From Thermodesulfobacteriota bacterium (GTDB lineage Bacteria > Desulfobacterota_D > UBA1144): a stretch of 64,000 bases of DNA. This document shows positions 51,649-59,419 of the stretch, one piece after another. The DNA lies in contig JAQWMJ010000006.1 in NCBI GenBank assembly GCA_029246845.1, positions 1 to 64,000 on the forward strand, written 5' to 3'. Each line of letters opens with the position of its first letter. The first letter of the stretch is position 1. The notes under the pieces are model-generated. The model did not search any database. It saw nothing but the letters and a program-made list of their open reading frames with translations, and had not been told where the DNA came from. The position numbers were made by a program, and so were the translations under genes.

Positions 51649-53342
51649 TGTCTAAAAAGAAATTTCCAATTAAAGATTTGAATTACCCTACTACATATAA
51701 ATGGAAGAATAAATTTGATTATGATTGGAATACGAAAAGTGACCAAAGAAACTGGACTCTTCCAAAAGTTCTTATAAATCAAGCCAATACGAATCCAAAT
51801 AAAGATTTTTTACAATTTAGCTATGACAAGCCTCTTACATTTTCTGAAGTTAATATTCAGGCTAACAAAATTGCGAACTCTTTAAATACATTAGGGATAA
51901 ATAAAACAGATAAAGTTTCTGTTTACATGCCTAATTCTCTTGAGATATGTCTAGCTTGGTTTGGAATTTTAAAAAATGGATCAGTTATGGTTCCAATTAA
52001 CACCGCATATGTGATGGATTTCCTTCAATATATAATCGAAAGCTCGGACTCTAAAATCATAATAATCGCAGAAGAGTATCTTGAGCGCTTAGCCAACATA
52101 GAAGATAGGGTTCCAAATATAGAGAAAGTGATTGTATGGACTAGAAGTGGCGAGAACAGCTTTAACAAATACGGTTATAGTAAAACCGAGTGTATATCTT
52201 GGAATGAATTTGTATCTAATGGCTCTGATAAAGAGCCTAAAGTTGAAATAACTCATATGGATCATGCCAGGCTCATGTATACCTCTGGTACTACGGGGAA
52301 ATCTAAAGGTGTTGTTAGACCGTGCGCAGCAGATTATTCATCTGCGCAAAACTACTCTTCCATTATGGATCTTGTAGAAAGTGATACGGTTTTCACTTGT
52401 TTGCCTCTTTTTCATTCTAATGCAATGGTAATGGGTGTGTATCCAGCAATGATCAGCGGCTGTAAAGTTGTAGTTGAGGAAAAATATTCTGCTAGTAAAT
52501 TTTGGAAATGGATGAAAGATTTTGGAATTACAAAATTTAATCTTGTTGGAGTAATGTCTTATTTTATGTGGAACGCCCCCATAGTTCCTGAAGAGAAAGA
52601 CCATAATGTTGAATTAGTTTTAGGTAGCCCAGCGCCTCATGATATTATTGAAGAATTTATGGAAAGATTTAACATACTTTTTACCGAAGGATACGGTCTA
52701 ACAGAAGTAGGGCAATGTACTTTTACAAGGCCAAATGAACCTTTTAGGGTTGGTTCTTGTGGAAAAGAATCCCCAGGCTACGAAATAAAGATTGTTGACC
52801 CTGACACTGATGAAGAACTTGAAAGAGATACTCCTGGGGAGCTTGTTCTAAGACCTAGGATTCCAAATATTTGTTTACACTATTATTACAAAATGCCCGA
52901 AAAGACTGTTTCAGATTTTAGAAATCTATGGTTCCACACTGGAGACTTATGTAGGATGGACAAGGATGGTTACATCTTCTTTATGGATAGGGTTAAAGAC
53001 TATATAAGAAGACGGGGTGAAAACATTAGCTCCTTTGAAGTAGAAAATCTAATATCTTCCCATCCAAGCATCGAAGAGTCTGCAGCTATAGCAGTTAAGC
53101 TAGACGAACAAGGGCGTCACTCTGAAGATGAACTGATGATAGTTATCGTTTTAAAAGAACATATGCAGCTTGATCCCACCGAACTAATAGAATTTTTAAA
53201 GCCTATAATGCCAAAATTTATGATTCCAAGATTTGTAAGATTCCGAGATTCTTTACCAAAGACGCCTACTAATAGGGTTCAAAAGGTTAAACTAAGAGAA
53301 GAAGGAATCACCAAAGATACTTGGGATTCCCTCAAAAAATAA
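51648..53342 (+). CDS. Acyl-CoA ligase, CaiC-like
   Basis: YTSGTTGKSKG, LPLFH, EGYGLTE, WFHTGDL, RRRGENISSFEVE, LPKTPT. Confidence 0.88.
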   Translation: MSKKKFPIKDLNYPTTYKWKNKFDYDWNTKSDQRNWTLPKVLINQANTNPNKDFLQFSYDKPLTFSEVNIQANKIANSLNTLGINKTDKVSVYMPNSLEICLAWFGILKNGSVMVPINTAYVMDFLQYIIESSDSKIIIIAEEYLERLANIEDRVPNIEKVIVWTRSGENSFNKYGYSKTECISWNEFVSNGSDKEPKVEITHMDHARLMYTSGTTGKSKGVVRPCAADYSSAQNYSSIMDLVESDTVFTCLPLFHSNAMVMGVYPAMISGCKVVVEEKYSASKFWKWMKDFGITKFNLVGVMSYFMWNAPIVPEEKDHNVELVLGSPAPHDIIEEFMERFNILFTEGYGLTEVGQCTFTRPNEPFRVGSCGKESPGYEIKIVDPDTDEELERDTPGELVLRPRIPNICLHYYYKMPEKTVSDFRNLWFHTGDLCRMDKDGYIFFMDRVKDYIRRRGENISSFEVENLISSHPSIEESAAIAVKLDEQGRHSEDELMIVIVLKEHMQLDPTELIEFLKPIMPKFMIPRFVRFRDSLPKTPTNRVQKVKLREEGITKDTWDSLKK

Positions 53343-53345
53343 ACT

Positions 53346-54707
53346 TTATTTATCCCAAGGATGCTTCTTCTCGGGTTTTTGACTATATGGATTCTCTTTA
53401 TCTGGATGGAAATACTTAAAAGTATTAACATGTTGATCAGTATAAGAACCTGGAGGATAATATTTATCATAAAAATCCAAATCCATATTCTGAGCCTGGA
53501 AAACTAACCTCATATACATTGGGTCGACATAAGCTGGAAAAGATCCATAAGTGTCATGAATATAGTCAGCAACAGACTTAACAATCTCATTTGTTGTATC
53601 AGTAGGCCTTGGTGCTTTAACTAAGTGTTTGTCTGGCTCTTCATATGGAAAAGGTTTCTTGGAGTCCCAAGCGGCCCATTTATGTTCATCCATTTTATCA
53701 TATGCATCAGACATTGTTTTATAATATGGAGGGCAGTAGCCTTCAAAAATTCCATCTTTACCAACAGGTCTAGTCGGACCAGACTTTGGTTGTTCAAACC
53801 TAAAACCTAATCCTTTAAAAAGTTCAGGATTTGATCCTAGCGTGAACCTAGGTATGAGACCAGTAAATGTCCAACCACCTAACCCAAGAGCTTGAAGAGC
53901 TAGAGACATGTTCTGGCAAATAAATGCTTGTTCAACATTAAGACCAGTCAGTATTCTAACTTCAAGATCATATAATGACATTTTGACTTCTTCTTTTATT
54001 CTTCCAGAAGCAATCCATTTGTCTTGACCACATGAGCGATTATTTTTTTCATCCCAAATATTAAATGCATAAGTACTACTGCAATAAAGTGTCAATAAAT
54101 TTAAATACTCCTCAGTTATATCAGTAACAGGGATAAACGTTGTAGTACCAGCCTTGTTTGTATTCCATTGGTTAAAGTCAAAAAGACCAGGCATCTTGTC
54201 TGGCAAGTTGGCCCTACCGTCCTCAAGCTTAACAAGCCCTTCTCGATACAATTCTAACAACCTGTCAATTTTATCATTTACATTAAGTCTAAAAAAGACA
54301 TCAAGTTCTTTATCTTTAGGTAACATGTTTTTAACATCTACATAATAAAGACCGGAGTCATTAGTGAAAAAAAGCTCTGTACCGTGGTTATTACATGCAG
54401 AAGGCCATGTTCTGCCTGTCCATTGACATAATAAATCAATTCCATTCTCAGGTGGTAAATCTGCAAGGCATAGTCCGGTTAAACCGGTACCTGCCCAAAC
54501 CAACATAGCTTCTTGAAATTCAGTTAAAGGAACAGGGTCTATTTTTGACTTATACCCCAGAGAGCTATCTGAAGGGAGCTCCATTCCTAGACCAAACCTA
54601 CGAGACCTTCTATTAAAAATAGCTTCAAACAAAGGGTACTTTAAAGCAGCTTCGTAATTAACCTTTCCATTTCCCTTTCCATTTCCATTTTCATTTTTTT
54701 TTGTCAT
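53346..54707 (-). CDS. Uncharacterised protein with nitroreductase/SagB-like (FMN-binding) motifs
   Basis: AIFNRRSRRF, RTWPSA, EQAFICQNMSLALQALGLG. Confidence 0.55.
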   Translation of the reverse strand: MTKKNENGNGKGNGKVNYEAALKYPLFEAIFNRRSRRFGLGMELPSDSSLGYKSKIDPVPLTEFQEAMLVWAGTGLTGLCLADLPPENGIDLLCQWTGRTWPSACNNHGTELFFTNDSGLYYVDVKNMLPKDKELDVFFRLNVNDKIDRLLELYREGLVKLEDGRANLPDKMPGLFDFNQWNTNKAGTTTFIPVTDITEEYLNLLTLYCSSTYAFNIWDEKNNRSCGQDKWIASGRIKEEVKMSLYDLEVRILTGLNVEQAFICQNMSLALQALGLGGWTFTGLIPRFTLGSNPELFKGLGFRFEQPKSGPTRPVGKDGIFEGYCPPYYKTMSDAYDKMDEHKWAAWDSKKPFPYEEPDKHLVKAPRPTDTTNEIVKSVADYIHDTYGSFPAYVDPMYMRLVFQAQNMDLDFYDKYYPPGSYTDQHVNTFKYFHPDKENPYSQKPEKKHPWDK

Positions 54708-54771
54708 AGTTTTACCTCACTTTTGCAACTAAGTTTAGTATAAATTATATATATGAATTACAAAAAAGTAA

Positions 54772-55200
54772 TTAGGTTAGAGCTTGTTTTTTAATTTCTT
54801 CTTTCTCAAGTTCTTTTATAGCTAACTTTACAGTAGATATACCCAAAGTAGAGCATTTTGGCCTGGAAAGTGCTAGTTCCTCACCAATAATATCAGTAAT
54901 AATCTCAGGTCCCATAGATAAAATCTCTTCTTTTGATTTCCCTATTACAACTTCGGAAATAATTGATGTTCCAGCTTGACTAACAATACAACCTTCACCT
55001 TCAAATTTAAAATCTGTAATCACATTATCTTCAAACTGAAGACAAACAGTCACTATATCGCCACAACCTGGGTTTCCACCATTTTGTTTAATATCACAAC
55101 GATGCTTACTTTTATCTTCATCACTAAGAGAACCCGAGTTTCTCGGATTCTCATAATGATCTAAAATAAAGTCCATTAGTTCTTGTTTATCTTTTGTCAA
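54772..55200 (-). CDS. SufU/IscU-family (NifU_N) Fe-S scaffold or sulfur acceptor
   Basis: ILDHYENPRN, NPGCGD, GEGCIVS, RPKC (three conserved Cys). Confidence 0.88.
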   Translation of the reverse strand: MTKDKQELMDFILDHYENPRNSGSLSDEDKSKHRCDIKQNGGNPGCGDIVTVCLQFEDNVITDFKFEGEGCIVSQAGTSIISEVVIGKSKEEILSMGPEIITDIIGEELALSRPKCSTLGISTVKLAIKELEKEEIKKQALT

Positions 55201-55211
55201 ACCAAACCTCT

Positions 55212-56054
55212 CTATTTCTCAATAGGCGCTTGAACAAGATTTCCCCATTCAGTCCAGGATCCATCATAGTTTTTAACACTATTGTATCCAAGGAGATAAG
55301 TAAGAACAAACCAAGTGTGAGAAGACCTCTCACCTATTCTGCAATAAGCAATAACATCGTCTTCTGGCTTTAAACCAGCACCGTTTTGATATATTTCAAG
55401 CAACTCGTCTGCAGATTTAAATGTTCCATCTTCATTTGCTGCAGTTGCCCAAGGGACACTTTTAGCGTTAGGAATATGTCCACCTCTAAGTGCACCTTCT
55501 TGAGGATATGCTTCCATGTGAAGCATCTCACCGCTAAATTCTTTAGGTGATCGAACGTCAATCAAGGCCCCCAAAGAAGCGCTATGTTCTTTAACCTCTT
55601 CCCTAAATGCTCTAATGCCAAGATTAACATCAGCAACTTTATAATTTGTATTTTCTAAAGAAGGGACATCTTTGGAAAGCGGCTTCTTCTCTTCAATCCA
55701 CTTTTGTCTTCCCCCGTTCATTATAATACATTTCTCATGGCCATAAATTTTGAATGTCCAAAATGCGTAGCATGCCCACCAGTTGCTCTTATCTCCATAA
55801 AAAACAATCGTATCTTCGGGTGAAATTCCCTTTGAAGAAAGCAGTTTTTCAAAATTATCTTTGTCTATGTAGTCTCTTATAAGATTATCTTGAAGCTCTG
55901 TCTCCCAGTCTATTTTTATTGCTCCTTCAATATGACCTATGTCATATAAAAGAATATCTTCGTTAGATTCAAGTATCTTAATTCCTGGTTTATCCTTATT
56001 CTCTAAGACCCAGTCAGTTGAAACTAACAATTCCGGATTTTTATATTCTGCCAT
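55212..56054 (-). CDS. Tandem rhodanese sulfurtransferase (CysA/SseA type)
   Basis: [20 protein letters not shown], active-site [25 protein letters not shown]. Confidence 0.93.
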   Translation of the reverse strand: MAEYKNPELLVSTDWVLENKDKPGIKILESNEDILLYDIGHIEGAIKIDWETELQDNLIRDYIDKDNFEKLLSSKGISPEDTIVFYGDKSNWWACYAFWTFKIYGHEKCIIMNGGRQKWIEEKKPLSKDVPSLENTNYKVADVNLGIRAFREEVKEHSASLGALIDVRSPKEFSGEMLHMEAYPQEGALRGGHIPNAKSVPWATAANEDGTFKSADELLEIYQNGAGLKPEDDVIAYCRIGERSSHTWFVLTYLLGYNSVKNYDGSWTEWGNLVQAPIEK

Positions 56055-56066
56055 TTTACTCCTCCA

Positions 56067-56090
56067 TCTGGCCTTATTAATAAAGCCAGA
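56067..56090 (-). promoter_or_regulatory. Hairpin immediately 5' of the sulfurtransferase Shine-Dalgarno
   Basis: TCTGGCTTTA-TTAA-TAAGGCCAGA (10-bp stem including one G-U pair), followed by TGGAGGAGTAAAATG. Confidence 0.45.
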
Positions 56091-56125
56091 ATTAAATTAA
56101 ATTTTAAATTTATAACTAACCAATA

Positions 56126-56215
56126 CTACTTGTAGTTACAACAACATAAGTTTGAAAAGTTACAACAACATGTATCTACTTCACTAACAAGCGATACAAA
56201 CAATGTTTTAACCAT
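56126..56215 (-). CDS. Cysteine-rich leader peptide (29 aa) MVKTLFVSLVSEVDTCCCNFSNLCCCNYK
   Basis: AGGAG SD 6 nt before ATG; two TGT-TGT-TGT-AAC runs; TAG stop 71 nt before the sulfurtransferase ATG; below the ORF-track size cutoff. Confidence 0.75.
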   Translation of the reverse strand: MVKTLFVSLVSEVDTCCCNFSNLCCCNYK

Positions 56216-56249
56216 AACAAACTCCTAAACTTTTTGTAACTCAAAGAGG

Positions 56250-56271
56250 AAAGATACCGAACGGTATCTTC
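56250..56271 (-). terminator. Strong hairpin after the riboswitch (terminator or expression platform)
   Basis: GAAGATACC-GTTC-GGTATCTTT followed by CCTCTTTG (imperfect U tail). Confidence 0.5.
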
Positions 56272-56272
56272 A

Positions 56273-56324
56273 CCCTATTTAGCAATTATTTAATGTCGCT
56301 GCAATTAGAGTTAAATGACGACAT
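56273..56324 (-). promoter_or_regulatory. SAM-II-like riboswitch aptamer (H-type pseudoknot)
   Basis: AUGUCGUC-AUUUAA-CUCUA-AUUGC-AGCGACAU-UAAAUAAUU-GCUAAA-UAGGG: P1 AUGUCG/CGACAU, conserved UUU, UUGC and GCUAAA, pseudoknot CUCUA/UAGGG; 52 nt; upstream of sulfur genes. Confidence 0.75.
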
Positions 56325-56328
56325 ATAG

Positions 56329-56358
56329 ATTATAGCACTGAAATAAAATAAAAATCAA
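56329..56358 (-). promoter_or_regulatory. Extended -10 promoter driving the riboswitch leader
   Basis: TTGATT-18 nt-TATAAT with TGc extension; predicted +1 at about 56322-56324, the 5' end of the aptamer. Confidence 0.65.
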
Positions 56359-56400
56359 TATTATATTTAAATAAGTAATTCATTAGGTTATTATTTTTAC

Positions 56401-56649
56401 ATGAGTGAAGTTGAAGAAAAAACAGTCGATCCTGAATCTAAGGATATTTCGGCGTCTAAAGAAGAGGCTGATGTTCAAGCGACTCCAGAAGAACTAGAGG
56501 AAGAAGTGCACGTAGTTCCACCTTACCCTGAAAGAGTTCCTAACGCTGAGAAAGGTGCCGATCACGCACACGCTTATGTGATGTTAAAAATATTGTTTCT
56601 CTTGGTAGTTTTTTCTTTAGTAATAGCAAAATTCACCTCACCTTTTTAG
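56401..56649 (+). CDS. Small hypothetical protein with acidic N-terminus and single C-terminal TM helix
   Basis: 82-aa ORF with protein-like composition; TATTAT -10 box 6 nt upstream. Confidence 0.6.
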   Translation: MSEVEEKTVDPESKDISASKEEADVQATPEELEEEVHVVPPYPERVPNAEKGADHAHAYVMLKILFLLVVFSLVIAKFTSPF

Positions 56650-59394
56650 TTGACTAATATGCTTTTTTAAAAATTTTGCTGTTTCTGACTTTTTTGCAAA
56701 AGGAAAGTCTTTCTTCAAACCTTGAAAAGAAAGATGTCCTCCTGCTGAGCCACCATCGGGTCCAAGATCAATTATGTAATCAGAACCATTAATCACTTCC
56801 ATATTATGCTCAATAATTACTATAGTACTCCCCGAATCTCTAAGCTGATAGATAACCCCAAGAAGTTTATCAATATCTTCATAATGAAGACCTATGGTAG
56901 GTTCGTCTAAAATATAAAAGGTTTTTCCGGTATTTTTTTTAATTAACTCCTTCGAAAGCTTAATTCTTTGAGCTTCACCACCTGACAGAGTGGTTGCATC
57001 TTGCCCTAGCTTTAAATAACCAAGACCTACGGAATTAATTATATTAATTTTATTTTGTAAAATAGGAAATCCTATAAAGAAGTCGTTTGCCTCAGAAAAA
57101 GTCATATTTAAAACATCAGTAATATTTTTTCCTCTATAGAAGATACTAAGTGTTTCCAGATCAAATCTTTTACCCTCACATGAGTCACATAAAACATTAA
57201 CATCAGGCAGAAAACTCATTTCAATTCTTATACTTCCAGCACCTGAACACTCCGAGCAACTTCCTTCCTTTACATTAAAACTAAATCTCCCTGGTGAAAA
57301 TCCTTTAATTTTAGAATCTGGTAATGAAGCAAAAACCTCTCTAATGGTCCCAAAGATTCCAGTATAAGTAGCAGGGTTAGACCTTGATGTCCTTCCTATG
57401 GGCGACTGATTAATATTAATAATTTTATCAAAATTATCCTCACCACTGACACTAGTAAGGAAATCAGGTTTAGTTTTATTTTTAGAATTAATTAGTGATG
57501 AAATCACTTCATATATCGTTTGAACAACCAGTGTACTTTTTCCAGAACCCGAAACTCCAGTGACACAAGTAATCTTACCAACAGGAATATCAACATCAAT
57601 TGATTTTAAATTATTTAAGACTGCACCTTTTATTGATAAATAATTTTTTATTTTGGATTTACTTTCAATGATTTTAACTTTCTTATTTCTAGAAAGGTAC
57701 TGCCCTGTAAGTGAGGCTTTGTTCTTCGCTATAGACATTGGAGATCCATCAGCAACAACCAAGCCGCCATTAAATCCGGCACCTGGACCTATATCAATTA
57801 TATAATCAGCACTTTTTATAGTTTCCTCATCATGTTCAACTACTACCAAAGTATTTCCTCTATCCTTTAATAATTTTAAAGTATTTAATAGCATTTTATT
57901 GTCTCTAGGATGCAATCCAATCGTGGGTTCATCTAAAACATAAGTTATACCAGTAAGGTTAGCACCTAACTGAGAAGCAAGCCTTATTCTCTGGGCTTCA
58001 CCACCCGAAAGAGTTGGCGCGGTTCTATCAAGGGTTAAATACCCGAGGCTCACGCTTAGAAGAAAGTCCAATCGAGAAATGATTTCATCTTTAATCTTAG
58101 CCCAAATTAATTTTGATGTACCATTAAATTTAATTTTTTTGAAGAATTTATAACACTCTAAGATAGTTAGATTGCATACCTGTGAGATGTTTTTTTTATT
58201 TATAAAAACACTAAGTGCCTCCTCCCTCAATCTCAAGCCATTACAATTTAGACACTTTTCAATTTTTCTATACTTTGAAAGATTAGTTCTAATTTCTTCC
58301 GCACGTGAAGAACTAAACCACTTTTCTAAGATTTGGACTACGCCCTCAAAAGTTTCATTGTCGCCATAAAAAATTAGTGATTGGGTATCTGGACCGAGGT
58401 CATCAAATGGGGTATTAGGATTAATATCATTTTGATTTAAAAAACTATTTATAATTTTTTTATAAAAAGCTGAATCTTTAAATGGTGCTAAGGCTCCTTT
58501 TTTTATTGACTTTGAAGGATCAGGAACTATTGATTTCAAATCAAACATTTCAAAGTACCCCAACCCTTCGCATTCTAAGCACTGGCCATAAGGGCTATTG
58601 TAAGAAAAAAACCTGGGGGATATTTCCGGAAATGTAGCACTACAATTCGAACATGCCATATTTCGATTAAAGATTTTTTTTATTTTCTCTGACTCTATAA
58701 CAACCAAGCCTTCACCGTACTGAAGTGCTGTCTTAATTGATTCAAAAATTCTCAATGAGTTCCTTTTATTTACTTTGAGACTATCAATATAAACTTCTAT
58801 AGTATGTTTTTTTTGTTTTTCCAAGGTAATTTTTTCATTTAATGAAAATAAGTCACCATCTATTCGAATCTTAGAAAATAATTTTGATGCATCAGAGATT
58901 TCTTTTTTAAACTCACCTTTTTTACCTAGCGCTATTGGATAATAAATTTCTATATTTTTGGTTGCAAAATCACGATTTACTATAGAAACGATAGAATCTA
59001 AAGAAGTTGCATCTATCAAAGATTCACATTCATAACATTTAACTTCTCCAACTCTTGCATATAGCAATCTTAGAAAATCATATATCTCTGTTATTGTTGC
59101 CACAGTAGATCTGGGATTTCTCATGAATGTTTTTTGGTCAACTGAAATTGTTGGTGACAATCCAGAAATGAAATCTAAGTCTGGTTTTTCAAACTTATCT
59201 ATAAACTGTCTAGCATAATTTGAAAGTGATTCTAAATATTTTCTTTGGCCTTCTGCAAAAATTGTGTCAAAGGCTAAAGTGGATTTTCCAGATCCGCTCA
59301 CACCTGTAAGCACTGTTATTGAACCACGTGGGATCTGTACATCTATATTTTTTAAATTATTCTGCCTAATACCTTTAATAGTTATATTCTTCAC
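56638..59394 (-). CDS. uvrA: Excinuclease ABC subunit A
   Basis: Two GVSGSGKS Walker A motifs, LSGGEAQRI twice, zinc fingers. Confidence 0.97.
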   Translation of the reverse strand: MKNITIKGIRQNNLKNIDVQIPRGSITVLTGVSGSGKSTLAFDTIFAEGQRKYLESLSNYARQFIDKFEKPDLDFISGLSPTISVDQKTFMRNPRSTVATITEIYDFLRLLYARVGEVKCYECESLIDATSLDSIVSIVNRDFATKNIEIYYPIALGKKGEFKKEISDASKLFSKIRIDGDLFSLNEKITLEKQKKHTIEVYIDSLKVNKRNSLRIFESIKTALQYGEGLVVIESEKIKKIFNRNMACSNCSATFPEISPRFFSYNSPYGQCLECEGLGYFEMFDLKSIVPDPSKSIKKGALAPFKDSAFYKKIINSFLNQNDINPNTPFDDLGPDTQSLIFYGDNETFEGVVQILEKWFSSSRAEEIRTNLSKYRKIEKCLNCNGLRLREEALSVFINKKNISQVCNLTILECYKFFKKIKFNGTSKLIWAKIKDEIISRLDFLLSVSLGYLTLDRTAPTLSGGEAQRIRLASQLGANLTGITYVLDEPTIGLHPRDNKMLLNTLKLLKDRGNTLVVVEHDEETIKSADYIIDIGPGAGFNGGLVVADGSPMSIAKNKASLTGQYLSRNKKVKIIESKSKIKNYLSIKGAVLNNLKSIDVDIPVGKITCVTGVSGSGKSTLVVQTIYEVISSLINSKNKTKPDFLTSVSGEDNFDKIININQSPIGRTSRSNPATYTGIFGTIREVFASLPDSKIKGFSPGRFSFNVKEGSCSECSGAGSIRIEMSFLPDVNVLCDSCEGKRFDLETLSIFYRGKNITDVLNMTFSEANDFFIGFPILQNKINIINSVGLGYLKLGQDATTLSGGEAQRIKLSKELIKKNTGKTFYILDEPTIGLHYEDIDKLLGVIYQLRDSGSTIVIIEHNMEVINGSDYIIDLGPDGGSAGGHLSFQGLKKDFPFAKKSETAKFLKKHISQLKR

Positions 59395-59419
59395 TTGTAT
59401 AGCTTAACCAAAAGTATCC

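Noticed and set aside
54660..54700. Short TTTCCA-like tandem repeats
   Set aside because: Low-complexity coding sequence (NENGNGKGNGK) at a protein N-terminus.
56134..56171. Direct repeat AGTTACAACAACAT twice as a CRISPR remnant or operator
   Set aside because: Only two 14-nt copies 24 nt apart and in frame; explained by the two CCCN runs; no cas genes.
56126..56215. Cys-rich peptide as a thiazole/oxazole RiPP precursor modified by the SagB-like protein
   Set aside because: No YcaO cyclodehydratase, dedicated protease or exporter next to it; its position between a riboswitch and a sulfurtransferase fits an attenuator better.
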